Source: Candidatus Kerfeldbacteria bacterium
GTDB lineage: Bacteria; Patescibacteriota; Patescibacteriia; SBBC01; CAIJZX01
Length of the DNA stretch: 64,000 nucleotides
NCBI GenBank assembly: GCA_903825245.1
Contig: CAIJZX010000012.1
Location: 12,059 to 76,058 of the forward strand
Direction: 5' to 3'
Part shown: in pieces, positions 39,693 to 49,818 of the stretch
Numbering within the stretch: position 1 is the stretch's first letter
How the letters are laid out: the number at the start of each line of letters is the position of its first letter
The notes under the pieces: generated by a model
Seen by the model: the letters and a program-made list of their open reading frames with translations, nothing else
Told to the model about the DNA's origin: nothing
Database searches by the model: none
Program-made: the position numbers and the translations under genes

Positions 39693-40432
39693 ATAGATTA
39701 TCTGTCATCATCGTTGCCAAGAACGAAGAGCAGTGGCTTAATGATTGCTTACAAAGCATTTCCTGGGCCGACGAGATCATCGTCGTCGACGATGGTTCTA
39801 CTGACCATACAAAAAATATAGCATTGCGGTATACAAACAATATTTTCGAGTATGCCAACAATTATTCTGATTTCGGTTCACAGAAGCAATTTGCCCTCTC
39901 CAAGGCTACCGGCGAGTGGGTGTTGAGCCTCGATGCTGATGAACGAGTCACGTCCGAACTTGCACAAGAAATCAAAAAGCTTATCCAGATGCCTAACGAT
40001 GTTTCAGTTTATACAATCCCCTATCACAACTATTTCCTGGGTCACCCATTGAAAATGCGTTGCGAACAGTATTCACAACCAAGGCTGTTTCGCCGGACCG
40101 GTTCCGTTTTTAAAAACAAAATTCACGAAGTTATCGAAGTACCCGGAGTAACAGGCGCCGCATTTGGCTTTATCGATCACTACTCCTACAAAAGCATTGC
40201 CAGCATTGTTACAAAGTTTAATAAATATACCGACATTGAAGCACATAACCTCTATCAGCAAGGGTACCGAACGAATGCCTTGAAAATCTTTCTTGCGCCT
40301 TTCGAAACCTTTTTTCGCCGCCAAATTATCCTTGGTGGTTGGCGCGATAGTACCTACGGACTGATACTCAATATTCTTTTTGCTTATTATTATTTACTGA
40401 TACAAATGAAGGTCTGGGAACTCGCGAGGTAA
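39689..40432 (+). CDS. Family 2 glycosyltransferase
   Basis: LSVIIVAKNEEQWL...IIVVDDGSTD GT2 N-terminal signature and DAD (DXD). Confidence 0.85.
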   Translation: MNRLSVIIVAKNEEQWLNDCLQSISWADEIIVVDDGSTDHTKNIALRYTNNIFEYANNYSDFGSQKQFALSKATGEWVLSLDADERVTSELAQEIKKLIQMPNDVSVYTIPYHNYFLGHPLKMRCEQYSQPRLFRRTGSVFKNKIHEVIEVPGVTGAAFGFIDHYSYKSIASIVTKFNKYTDIEAHNLYQQGYRTNALKIFLAPFETFFRRQIILGGWRDSTYGLILNILFAYYYLLIQMKVWELAR

Positions 40433-40478
40433 ACTCTCCACAACAACTACCTAAATATCATTATCTTATTTCGCCTAT

Positions 40479-41177
40479 ATGCATTTCTTTACAAGAGCTA
40501 AGGCCGCATTAATTGCTGAATATTGGGCCTGGTATAAGAAGCGTCATCATTATTATGGACAATTTAATCCACCCATGGATTTTTTAATCGCCAAGTACTT
40601 TCCCAAGAATTATATTGGTACTTGTATCGAAGTCGGGGCGGCGGATGGTCTCAGCTGTAGCAATACGCTGCATTTTGAACAAAAAGGTTGGAATTGTTTA
40701 TGTATTGAAGCCAATCCCGTCCATGAAGCATCTCTGAAAAAGAATCGAAAACATGTTCGGATGTGCGCCGTTGGCGAACATCATCAGCAAACCGCCAACT
40801 TTAACGTTGCTGACATGACCACTGGAGTGTACGAGGCGATTAGTTCGCTAGAGGTCGATCAACGACTCGTTCAGTCGCACAAAGACATTCTTCAAGGCAT
40901 ACACCAAATCACCGTTGAGGTGGATACACTAGACGAATGTGCGGAGGTGTTTACAGCGTCACTGCCCACACCGACCAAAAAAATAGATTTTGTCACAATT
41001 GATACCGAAGGTACCGAGCTTTCGGTATTAAAAGGATTTAATCTGCGCGCTTGGGAAGTTTCATTACTCGTGGTTGAGAATAACTTCAAAGAAACCGCTA
41101 GTAAAGACTATCTCGAAAGTTTTGGTTACAAATTACAAGAGCGATATCAGGTGAATGATTTTTATGTTCGAAAATAA
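40479..41177 (+). CDS. FkbM-family methyltransferase
   Basis: CIEVGAADGLSCSNT...CIEANP matches the FkbM-domain motif block. AT-rich gene. Confidence 0.65.
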   Translation: MHFFTRAKAALIAEYWAWYKKRHHYYGQFNPPMDFLIAKYFPKNYIGTCIEVGAADGLSCSNTLHFEQKGWNCLCIEANPVHEASLKKNRKHVRMCAVGEHHQQTANFNVADMTTGVYEAISSLEVDQRLVQSHKDILQGIHQITVEVDTLDECAEVFTASLPTPTKKIDFVTIDTEGTELSVLKGFNLRAWEVSLLVVENNFKETASKDYLESFGYKLQERYQVNDFYVRK

Positions 41178-41198
41178 TTCCGTCGGCAAGAACGGCAC

Positions 41199-42086
41199 AT
41201 GAATACCGAACCGTCGGTTGACATTATTGTCTTGAATTGGAACGGCGCACAAGATACGCTCGAATGTTTGGCGTCGCTAAAAAACATCTCCTACACAAAC
41301 TACCACATCTACTTGGTCGATAATGATTCCAGATTGGAAGATCGCGAAGCATTACGCTCAATTCCGGCTTCTGTTCATTATCTTCAGGTAGAAAAAAACC
41401 TAGGCTTTGTTGGTGGTAACAATTTTGCACTTCGTCAAATTCTCGCTTCTTCAAAGCCGCCAACGTACGTCCTTCTCTTGAATAATGATACATCGGTACA
41501 TCCGGATTTTTTAAAGGCCATGGTTTCACTTGCGGAATCCAAACCAACAATCGGCATCGTTGGTCCAAAAGTAATGGACAACGCCCGACGAAAAACATTT
41601 CAAGTCATAGGCCTCTACATGAACCCTCGGAATGGCCGGATGACCAACCCGGCTGAAAACACCGAGGATCTCGGCCAGTTTAATACAGTCCAATCACCAG
41701 ATTGGGTGACTGGCGCCGCCCTCTTGATTAAAACCGAGGTCATAAAAAAAATTGGATTACTCGACGAAGTGTTTTTCGCTTATTGGGAAGATACAGATTG
41801 GTGTCAACGAACGCGTGAAGCTGGTTACACCATCTCCTATTGCCCGCAATCAGTTATTTGGCATAAACATTCGGCCTCATCTAAGCACCAGCGTAAAATG
41901 CCAATCTACCTATCAACACGGAATAAATATATATTTTTTCGCAAACATCCCGATATTGCACCCGCAATGAGTCGCTTACTGTATGATGATATTCGAGCAA
42001 TGAGCGCCATACGCTTAGCCCCTACCATTATTCGGGGTATATGGTCAGGATTGCGGACAAAAATCGCTACCACCTATATCACGTGA
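41199..42086 (+). CDS. Family 2 glycosyltransferase (rhamnosyltransferase-like)
   Basis: VDIIVLNWNGAQDTLECL...YLVDNDS and NLGFVGGNN. Confidence 0.85.
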   Translation: MNTEPSVDIIVLNWNGAQDTLECLASLKNISYTNYHIYLVDNDSRLEDREALRSIPASVHYLQVEKNLGFVGGNNFALRQILASSKPPTYVLLLNNDTSVHPDFLKAMVSLAESKPTIGIVGPKVMDNARRKTFQVIGLYMNPRNGRMTNPAENTEDLGQFNTVQSPDWVTGAALLIKTEVIKKIGLLDEVFFAYWEDTDWCQRTREAGYTISYCPQSVIWHKHSASSKHQRKMPIYLSTRNKYIFFRKHPDIAPAMSRLLYDDIRAMSAIRLAPTIIRGIWSGLRTKIATTYIT

Positions 42087-43258
42087 CCATCGCCGTCTAC
42101 CACAACCTGCAATCTGGCGGGGCTAAGAAGGCCATATTTGAGGTTGTCGCGGCGCTCCAACGTCGCGGTCATCGGATTGACGTATATCAACCGGATACGG
42201 CAAATTCGAACTTCTACGACCTAACTAGCGTAGCCACGACGGTGACCGTACTACCGACGCGACCACATCACTGGATGCGAATTTTCGGGGCTTTGTTGGA
42301 AGAACGACGAACGGCGAAACTGGCCGCTGCCATGATCGAAGCCAAGAAGTATGACGGCGTTATCGTCACCAATAGTTCCCTCGTCCAACATCCCTATATC
42401 ATGCGGTACTTGAAACAACCATTCGTATTGATCACCCAAGAATATTTGCGGATGTATTATGAACGTCGCGAACGACGGGCGATCGACCGTCAATCCCCTC
42501 ATCCGTCAACCAGGATGAAGGCGCTCGTCGATGGTCTATACGCAAAGTTTATCGCTTCAATAGATAGGACCAATCTCAAGCGCGGCCACAAAAAAATCAT
42601 CGTCAATTCGAAGTTTGCTGGACAATGTTTCGAACGAGCCTACCATGTGCCGAACGAGGTGTATTACTGCGGCGTAGCTGATGAATTCAAACCGAATACC
42701 GTTGTCCAACGAACGAATACTGTCGTCAGCATCGGGGCTTTGGATCCATTCAAGGGCCACGATTTCATCATCCGCAGTCTGGCGCACGTGCCACCAGCAA
42801 TCCGGCCGACACTCATTGTCGTAGCGGACCGAACACGCCAACCTGAATACGCCGAGTTTTTGGAAAAACTCGCTCATGAAAAGGGTGTTCCCATTGAACT
42901 TCAACGAAACGTGAGCCAAGCAGCGATTGTATCCTTGCTTCAACAAGCGAAAGTTACTCTTTGCGGAAATATTTTGGAACCGTTCGGTTTGGTTCCAATC
43001 GAATCGATGGCCTGCGGCACTCCAGTAATCGCCGTCCGCGAAGGCGGTTTGCAGGAAACGGTCGTTGATGGAGTAACCGGCATATTGACCGATCGCGACC
43101 AAGAACACTTTGGTGCGGCGATCACCAAACTACTGACCGACGATGCTGAACGCGAACGACTCGGCAAGAACGGACCGACGTACGTCGCAAAGAAATTTTC
43201 TTGGGCGTCCTACGCAAAAAAACTCGAGCAAGATTTTAATGAGTTGCGTCATGCCTAA
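42041..43258 (+). CDS. Family 4 glycosyltransferase (GT-B)
   Basis: EPFGLVPIESMACGTPVIAVREGGLQETV is the C-terminal GT4 signature (E-X7-E). Confidence 0.8.
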   Translation: MVRIADKNRYHLYHVTIAVYHNLQSGGAKKAIFEVVAALQRRGHRIDVYQPDTANSNFYDLTSVATTVTVLPTRPHHWMRIFGALLEERRTAKLAAAMIEAKKYDGVIVTNSSLVQHPYIMRYLKQPFVLITQEYLRMYYERRERRAIDRQSPHPSTRMKALVDGLYAKFIASIDRTNLKRGHKKIIVNSKFAGQCFERAYHVPNEVYYCGVADEFKPNTVVQRTNTVVSIGALDPFKGHDFIIRSLAHVPPAIRPTLIVVADRTRQPEYAEFLEKLAHEKGVPIELQRNVSQAAIVSLLQQAKVTLCGNILEPFGLVPIESMACGTPVIAVREGGLQETVVDGVTGILTDRDQEHFGAAITKLLTDDAERERLGKNGPTYVAKKFSWASYAKKLEQDFNELRHA

Positions 43259-44198
43259 TCGCACGACTGTCATCGTCGTCAATTGGAACGGACGGAAGCA
43301 TCTGCAAGAATGTTACGATGCGCTTCTGGCGCAAACGATTAAGGATTTTTCGATCATCGTTGTTGACAACGGATCAACGGACGATTCGGTCGCGTATACG
43401 AAACATCACCTGCCGCAGGCAAATGTCATTGAGCTGAGAGAAAATACCGGTTTCGCCAAAGCCAATAATATCGGCATCCAAAAAGCCCTGGAAAATTCAT
43501 TGTGCGACTATATCGTGCTACTCAACAATGACACGGCAATCGAGCCAAACTGGATGAACTCGCTCATCATGACGGCCGATCAGCATCCTGAATACAGCAG
43601 CATCGCCTGTTTGATGGTGTACTATAACGACCCGCAATGCGTTGATTCCGCTGGCCACCACCTGCTACCAACCGGACGAGTCACGAATTGGGGCGCCGGA
43701 ATGGATCGCAAGGATTTTTCGATCCCTGGCATCGTCTTTGGCGCGTGTGCCGGCGCTGGATTATACCGCCGTTCGTTTTTTGAACAGATCGGTTTTTTCG
43801 ATGAATCGCTCTTCGCCTATTATGAGGATGTCGATTTGAATTGGCGGGCCGTGTTACAAGGACTGAAATGCTATTACCAGCCCCAAGCCGTAGTGCGACA
43901 TAAAGGCGCGGGTACATCTCAACGCAACCGACGATTTCAAATCCTATCCTTCCGGAATCGTCTGATCGTCAACACAAAAAATCTGCCGACCGACTTCATT
44001 TTTGCTCATTTCTTCCGTTGGCTTGGATTTGAGTCGTATATGATCGGTATTCTGCTAATCAATGGCAAAATTGCCGCGCTCCTGGCATGGCTGAAACAAT
44101 TTCCACTACGACGGCGCGAACGGCGAACGAATATGAAACGGCGTACAATTACGCTACCAGAACTGCTATCGTACGAGGCGGTTCAGCCAAAAACCTAG
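43251..44198 (+). CDS. Family 2 glycosyltransferase
   Basis: TTVIVVNWNGRKHLQEC...IIVVDNGSTDDS; NTGFAKANN. Start at ATG 43251 (MPNRTT). Confidence 0.85.
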   Translation: MPNRTTVIVVNWNGRKHLQECYDALLAQTIKDFSIIVVDNGSTDDSVAYTKHHLPQANVIELRENTGFAKANNIGIQKALENSLCDYIVLLNNDTAIEPNWMNSLIMTADQHPEYSSIACLMVYYNDPQCVDSAGHHLLPTGRVTNWGAGMDRKDFSIPGIVFGACAGAGLYRRSFFEQIGFFDESLFAYYEDVDLNWRAVLQGLKCYYQPQAVVRHKGAGTSQRNRRFQILSFRNRLIVNTKNLPTDFIFAHFFRWLGFESYMIGILLINGKIAALLAWLKQFPLRRRERRTNMKRRTITLPELLSYEAVQPKT

Positions 44199-45007
44199 TT
44201 CTCGTCTGATAACCTAAATCCAAACTTGGCTTCAAATGCCGATTGGCTCAACCAGGGTAATTTTCGGTAAGTAACCTGACGTCGCGACCACCAAATGAAT
44301 CGTCTCGGCAATACCGTCGCCACGAGCATCGACATCGTTCCGAGAATATCTCGGTATTTCGTGTTGCGCAGATGTTCCCAGGCGCCGGAAAAATTCCAAC
44401 GGCTTCTTAGGGACGAGAGATTACCTCGATCGCCGCGAATACGATGGATTGATAAACCGTCCGGTATGCACCCGATCAATCCCTTGTGACGCAGTGTTTG
44501 CGCTTGGAAATATTCGTCCGGCAACGACCGTTGCGGTTCGTAACGAAAACCCTGATTACGGAAGAGCAACGAGGTATGATCAGGATATCCGTTGATGGAA
44601 TAATTATCGGTCAACATCAAGAGTTTCTCTTGTTCGTGAAAATACCAGGCGCGTGTTCCACAAGCGATATGGTCATGATGGGTCTCTAAAAAATCCACTT
44701 GTTGGCGAATCTTGTCCGGCAGCCACAGATCATCATGATCCTGGATAGCGATATAGTCGGCTTCAACCCGATCGAGCAGGAAATTCAGACCAGCATACGG
44801 CCCCAGGTTGTCCGGTGATTTCAACAATCGAATTTTCGGGTCGGTTATCGACTGGATAGCGTTCACTGTACCGTCTGTCGAGGCGTTATCGAGCACGACG
44901 ATTTCCAGGTTCGAATACGTTTGGGCTGCACAATTGCGCAGCGTCTGAACGATGTATCGTTCGGAATTGTAGGCGACAATGAGAATGGCTACCCGAGGCG
45001 TGGCCAT
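44195..45007 (-). CDS. Family 2 glycosyltransferase (ORF-track N-terminal 179 aa is antisense read-through)
   Basis: MATPRVAILIVAYNSERYIVQTLRNC...VVLDNASTDGT. The ATG at 45007-45005 sits 5 nt after the upstream GT4 stop. The ORF-track extension is an R/S/C-rich antisense of the GT4 gene. Confidence 0.8.
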   Translation of the reverse strand: MATPRVAILIVAYNSERYIVQTLRNCAAQTYSNLEIVVLDNASTDGTVNAIQSITDPKIRLLKSPDNLGPYAGLNFLLDRVEADYIAIQDHDDLWLPDKIRQQVDFLETHHDHIACGTRAWYFHEQEKLLMLTDNYSINGYPDHTSLLFRNQGFRYEPQRSLPDEYFQAQTLRHKGLIGCIPDGLSIHRIRGDRGNLSSLRSRWNFSGAWEHLRNTKYRDILGTMSMLVATVLPRRFIWWSRRQVTYRKLPWLSQSAFEAKFGFRLSDEN

Positions 45008-45011
45008 GAAT

Positions 45012-46139
45012 CTAGATGAATTGATGATAGAATCGCTGAATCTCGACGACACTTTGGGCGAGCGAGAAATGCTGCTCGGCTCGCATTCGTGCCGCCGCCC
45101 CGAATTGAGCACGTTGATCGGCGTCTTGCAGTAACCTGCGTATCGCCCCCCCGAAGACTTTTGGATTCGCCGTATCAACGAGCAAACCTGTTCCCGGCGT
45201 GATGACTTCGCCGTTTTCCGGAGTATCGGTGACGATGATGGCGCGGGCCGTGGCCATCGCCTCGAGCAAGGCAATCGACATGCCTTCGAACATCGACGGC
45301 AAGACAAAAATATCGAGCACCGGCAACATTTGGTACAGGTCCGGCCAGTAACCGACGAACCGCACGCGATCAGCGATGCCGAGGTGTTCCGCTTGCACCT
45401 CAAGCGCCGGCTGGAAAACGCCGCGACCGACGATGATGCTATACGCGTGCGAATTATTTTCAAACGCAATCGGTAAAGCGGCCACCAACCGATCGACGCA
45501 CTTCTCTTGGCGAAGATTGGAAACCGTGCCGACGATGACCGCATCCGGGGGCAATTTCAATTCAGTCAGTACGTGCTGACGACTGGCACTATCGGCGCTG
45601 GGTCGGAATTTCGTCGCATCGACACTGTTGACGATGATCGTGAATTTCTTTTTCGGCAAATGCACATCATCAACAAAATATCGTTGGACTTCTTCTGAAC
45701 AAGCGATATATCCGTCGACCAGCCAATCCGTCCAGCGCATCGCCCGCACGAGCCAGGCATACCGTTGATCGCGATACCGCGCTACCAAGTAGCAGGTAAC
45801 CGCCGGAATGCCGCAAAGTTTCCCCCAGACTCGACCGATCATATCGGCGTGGGCTAAACATGTACTAAGGATTGCCGGACGATACTGGCGTGTTAATTTC
45901 CAAAAACGGTACAAAGCCGCCACGCTCAACAACGAACCAGCATTCAGGACTTCGGTTTTCAGGCCGGCCCGATCAAAATCCTTTCGAATCGGTCCATCGC
46001 CACGGAGCGATATGACGACGTGTTGAAAGTCTGTGGCGCCAGGCATCAGGCGTTCGATCAAGCGTTCGGCGCCGCCGATGCCAAACGCCGTCAGCAAGTG
46101 AAAAATGACCGTCCGTTGCTGTTGTGATTGTTCTGGCAT
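45012..46139 (-). CDS. Family 4 glycosyltransferase
   Basis: FGIGGAERL near the N-terminus and LPSMFEGMSIALLEAMATARAIIVTD near the C-terminus. Confidence 0.85.
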   Translation of the reverse strand: MPEQSQQQRTVIFHLLTAFGIGGAERLIERLMPGATDFQHVVISLRGDGPIRKDFDRAGLKTEVLNAGSLLSVAALYRFWKLTRQYRPAILSTCLAHADMIGRVWGKLCGIPAVTCYLVARYRDQRYAWLVRAMRWTDWLVDGYIACSEEVQRYFVDDVHLPKKKFTIIVNSVDATKFRPSADSASRQHVLTELKLPPDAVIVGTVSNLRQEKCVDRLVAALPIAFENNSHAYSIIVGRGVFQPALEVQAEHLGIADRVRFVGYWPDLYQMLPVLDIFVLPSMFEGMSIALLEAMATARAIIVTDTPENGEVITPGTGLLVDTANPKVFGGAIRRLLQDADQRAQFGAAARMRAEQHFSLAQSVVEIQRFYHQFI

Positions 46140-46157
46140 GGGGATTAATTGTCTGAA

Positions 46158-47687
46158 TTACTGCGGAAGAGCTCGAACAAAAAGGATGTTATCGTCGCGA
46201 ATGATTGTTTGGAAATACTGCGGATCGGTAAAATCATTGACTCGCGTATTGGGTATGGCGCTATTGTTCCAAAATGCCATTTGCGAAGGATGCTGCCGCA
46301 GTTGATATAAAGAAATCAAGACGTATACCGGCTGACCGGTCCCCCAGTTTAACGCCGCGGTATTTGCCGATTTTGCATTAGTTGCTGTAAATACAGCCGC
46401 ACCTTCCTGGGCAATAGTATAGTCATGACCGACGATTGAATACCGGGTTTGCAAATAGTTAGCATTGGTCGTAATGATGATGCTCTTTTCAGGAACACGA
46501 ATTGTACTCATTGTATCTAACGTCGCGGCATTGGCCGTATACATATCGTTCGGCATCACATCGGTATGGACAAGATTTAACACCAGGAAACAAAGCAGAA
46601 AGCCCATCTGCAGCACCATTCGCTTGCGAAAGAAATGATACACCACGGTAAAGCCGTTGGCCACGATGAATATGGCGTACAAACTGAACCAGGTATAAAA
46701 CCGCCAAGGAACGAGGTTATATATATTCAGATTGGGAAAAACATAGAGAAAGCAGTAATAGAATGCTGTGATCAATAACAGCATGCCCCACATGACTTTC
46801 AGTGCAACCGGGTCGCGGCGGAACATCTTCACCACGACGGCGACCGCCCCGATGATCAGCAAAACGAAGAAGGACGCATTGAAATCGGTAAAGAGTTGGC
46901 TAAACGGAATGGCCGTGCCCTGAAAGGCGGTGTCGACATTACTGCTGCCGTGCAAAAAATAGAGCACCTGTTGCCGAATAGCTACACTGCCGAAAAGTAC
47001 CACCAAACCAAGAATTACTAACCCGGCGAACATTAACAACCGCGTCCGCCAACGGAACGGGATGATGAATAACACGTATCCAGCAATGGCCGCCGCCGTG
47101 AAAATCAAGAAGTTCAATCCGCTTTGGTGCAGGTAGAAATAAAAGTAGTTGATCAACAACATTGGTGCAATCCACCACGCCTTTTTACTGCGGAATAATC
47201 GCAGGTAACAATACACGAGTGCTAGCCCGAAAGTATACGACATGGTCTCTGGCAAGTAATTCACAGAACGAGGCAATAGCTGCGTATTCAAGGCGTACAG
47301 CAATAACGGCATCAACCGCAGCAAGGTCTGACGCCATAGCATAGCGCTGATCCCGAAAATCAACGCCAAATTGAGCGTCGTCAACATGGCGCCGGAATAC
47401 AGATACACATTGAACAAACTCGCGCCGGTAATTTTTGCTACAATCGCGTTCCAAATGGGAAACACCCAGAGCGACGTCGGCGTCAGGAGATGGCCATACA
47501 TCAACCACTCGCGCGATTGGCGGGCCCAATCAAAGATATCGAATTCCAGCAGCGCCGGATGGGTAATGGGTTGATACCAACGGTACAGACACGTCAGGGC
47601 GATGATGAGGACTACCACGCCGCAGGCAGCTGCCGTCTGCCAGCGTTGAGCGTTACTTTGATTTTTTGTTGTAGAAGACTGACGCAT
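46158..47687 (-). CDS. Polytopic membrane protein (509 aa): GT-C-like transferase or O-antigen polymerase/ligase-like
   Basis: About 13 TM with a C-terminal ~100-aa soluble domain. No clear motif. Confidence 0.45.
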   Translation of the reverse strand: MRQSSTTKNQSNAQRWQTAAACGVVVLIIALTCLYRWYQPITHPALLEFDIFDWARQSREWLMYGHLLTPTSLWVFPIWNAIVAKITGASLFNVYLYSGAMLTTLNLALIFGISAMLWRQTLLRLMPLLLYALNTQLLPRSVNYLPETMSYTFGLALVYCYLRLFRSKKAWWIAPMLLINYFYFYLHQSGLNFLIFTAAAIAGYVLFIIPFRWRTRLLMFAGLVILGLVVLFGSVAIRQQVLYFLHGSSNVDTAFQGTAIPFSQLFTDFNASFFVLLIIGAVAVVVKMFRRDPVALKVMWGMLLLITAFYYCFLYVFPNLNIYNLVPWRFYTWFSLYAIFIVANGFTVVYHFFRKRMVLQMGFLLCFLVLNLVHTDVMPNDMYTANAATLDTMSTIRVPEKSIIITTNANYLQTRYSIVGHDYTIAQEGAAVFTATNAKSANTAALNWGTGQPVYVLISLYQLRQHPSQMAFWNNSAIPNTRVNDFTDPQYFQTIIRDDNILFVRALPQ

Positions 47688-47696
47688 AATAGGTTG

Positions 47697-48812
47697 TTAT
47701 GTGGCCAGCGTTTGTTGCAGTAGGCCGACAAAATTCTCTGCGCTTCGTTGCCATGAAAATGGCGCCATATCAATCGGCGTTGATGAAGTATCCGACAGTA
47801 AGCGGCAAACACTATCGATCAATTGTTGTTTGTCATGGGGTGGAATAACGATCATTTGTGAAGCTGGTATGTGAAGCTGCTCGACTATTTCCTTCGTTCC
47901 GCCGACATCCGTGGCGGCAACTTTACTGCCGCAGGCAATCGCTTCTAAGACCGACGTTGGTAGGCCTTCAGAAAACGACGGATTGATAAATACCTGAGCC
48001 TGTTGATACTGCAACCGCAACTCGGAAACGGTAAGTTTCTGCAAGAACTCTATATTCGTGTTTCTATCCGCCAAGATTTTCAATTGTTGTTCATAATTTC
48101 CCGTGCCGATGATGGTCAATTGCGATTGCGGAAATTTCTTTTGAATGTCAGAGAATGATTGAATAAGTTCTTGTACACCTTTGGCGGCAATGAGTCGTCC
48201 GACAAACAACAAACGCTGTGTTGTTGATTGATGTTGGGAATTATCAGAAAAAAAAGTTGAAGTATCGACACCGTTGTAAACGAGATCAAACGTCTTGCCG
48301 CCAAGCTTGCGCGTAAACTCCCCGGCCGCTCGGGAACTGGCAATAATTCTGTCGGCTGAACTGATAACTAAACGACCGAGTATTTGATCATAGATGCGAC
48401 TAATCAGACGCGTCCACCACGAAGAGAGTTCAACGAATCGCGTACCATGTTCCGTATGCACCAACGGCAAGCCCTGAGTTTTTGCGAACCACCATCCAAA
48501 GAAACTCGTCAGAAAAAAACGGGTTTGGGTGTTGATTAGATCGACATGTTCTCGATGCATGTAGGCGGCCAGTTGAAAATACTGCCGGCCAGGTTTCGGT
48601 ATGGGAAATGTCCCACCGAGAATATTCCAGCACGGCCAACGGAACACAGTCACCCCCCGTAACGTTTCCTGAACCGGAGAGCGTTCTGAATTCGAGGTCA
48701 CCACCGTCACCTGATGTCCCATATGCACGAGACGCGAAGCCAGCTCTTCGGCATAGAGCTCGTAGCCGCCGCGATGGGGTGAGTAGTAAGCGGCAAAAAC
48801 CAACAGGTGCAT
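47697..48812 (-). CDS. Family 4 glycosyltransferase
   Basis: YSPHRGGYELY N-terminus and FINPSFSEGLPTSVLEAIACGSKVAATDVGG at the C-terminus. Confidence 0.85.
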   Translation of the reverse strand: MHLLVFAAYYSPHRGGYELYAEELASRLVHMGHQVTVVTSNSERSPVQETLRGVTVFRWPCWNILGGTFPIPKPGRQYFQLAAYMHREHVDLINTQTRFFLTSFFGWWFAKTQGLPLVHTEHGTRFVELSSWWTRLISRIYDQILGRLVISSADRIIASSRAAGEFTRKLGGKTFDLVYNGVDTSTFFSDNSQHQSTTQRLLFVGRLIAAKGVQELIQSFSDIQKKFPQSQLTIIGTGNYEQQLKILADRNTNIEFLQKLTVSELRLQYQQAQVFINPSFSEGLPTSVLEAIACGSKVAATDVGGTKEIVEQLHIPASQMIVIPPHDKQQLIDSVCRLLSDTSSTPIDMAPFSWQRSAENFVGLLQQTLAT

Positions 48813-48826
48813 GTGACGTTTGCCGA

Positions 48827-49144
48827 TTATTTCAGTGCAATCTTGCGGACTAGATCCTCGAGGCGTTTATCCGTCCGCCGGACGATGACATAATTGCGGA
48901 ATGTCGCTCCGAATAGGATAAGAATACCAACCACCGTTAACAAATCAAATGCTCGCGCAAAATGCAGTTTTTCGAATACGACGTTGATCGATTGCGGAAA
49001 GAAAACGACGAAAGCCATACCTAACCAAATAATCTGCCAGAACGAGAATTCCCAAAAAGAAAATTCACCGCGACGAAAATGCAAGAAAGAGAAGTAGGTC
49101 ATCCATAGCACGAATACGAGAGCGAAAATCTGGATAGCGTTCAT
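48827..49144 (-). CDS. Small 3-TM membrane protein, DUF2304-like partner of a polyprenol-phosphate GT2
   Basis: 105 aa. Translationally coupled (4-nt overlap) downstream of the GT2 at 49141-49818, which is the typical arrangement for DUF2304. Confidence 0.45.
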   Translation of the reverse strand: MNAIQIFALVFVLWMTYFSFLHFRRGEFSFWEFSFWQIIWLGMAFVVFFPQSINVVFEKLHFARAFDLLTVVGILILFGATFRNYVIVRRTDKRLEDLVRKIALK

Positions 49145-49818
49145 AGAAATCTCCAGGCGAGTAAATTAATCATGATGCGAATTCCGTCGATGATGGTCGT
49201 TCCTTTGTATTTATCATGGTAAATCGTGGTAATCGGCACCTGGACGTACGGGATCTTATGTTTTCCGGCGTTGACGATCATTTCTGTTTCCACAGAATAT
49301 CGCGGCGAGGTCCACATAATTTGTTCCGAAGCCGACAACCGTAAAGCACGATAACCGGATTGCGTGTCTTCGACCTGAATGCGATAGAGTACCTGCATGG
49401 CCGCGGTGAGAATGAAATTACCGAAACGTGCAACAAACGGCATCCGGCCATGGAATTTTCTCACCCCGAAAACAATATCCGCCCGGTTCTCCAGGATTGG
49501 TTGTAAAAGTACCGGTATTTCGTTAGGATCGTGTTGTCCGTCAGCATCGATAAACACCGCCACCTCATAATTATGGCTGATGGACCAAAGTACGCCGGTC
49601 TTCATTGCGGCGCCTTTCCCAAGATTTATGATATGACGCAGGATTGTGACCGACGAATTGCTGACTAATTGATCACTAAGAGCTGATTTCGATCCATCGT
49701 CGACGATAACAATATGATCGACTAATGAAGATACTTCGCGAACGACCTGTTGCAATCGCTCATTTTCATTAAATGCTGGCATGATGGCGATAGTCTTCAT
49801 AAAGCACCTTTCGCCCAT
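49141..49818 (-). CDS. GT2 polyprenol-phosphate glycosyltransferase (DPM1/ArnC/GtrB-like)
   Basis: IAIMPAFNENERL...IVIVDDGSKS...NLGKGAAMKTG matches the Dpm1-like signature. Confidence 0.8.
   Translation of the reverse strand: MGERCFMKTIAIMPAFNENERLQQVVREVSSLVDHIVIVDDGSKSALSDQLVSNSSVTILRHIINLGKGAAMKTGVLWSISHNYEVAVFIDADGQHDPNEIPVLLQPILENRADIVFGVRKFHGRMPFVARFGNFILTAAMQVLYRIQVEDTQSGYRALRLSASEQIMWTSPRYSVETEMIVNAGKHKIPYVQVPITTIYHDKYKGTTIIDGIRIMINLLAWRFL

Noticed and set aside
45008-45544. 179-aa R/S/C-rich N-terminal extension of the GT2 ORF
   Set aside because: It is the antisense of the GT4 gene at 45012-46139. The real GT2 starts at MATPRVAILIV (ATG 45007).
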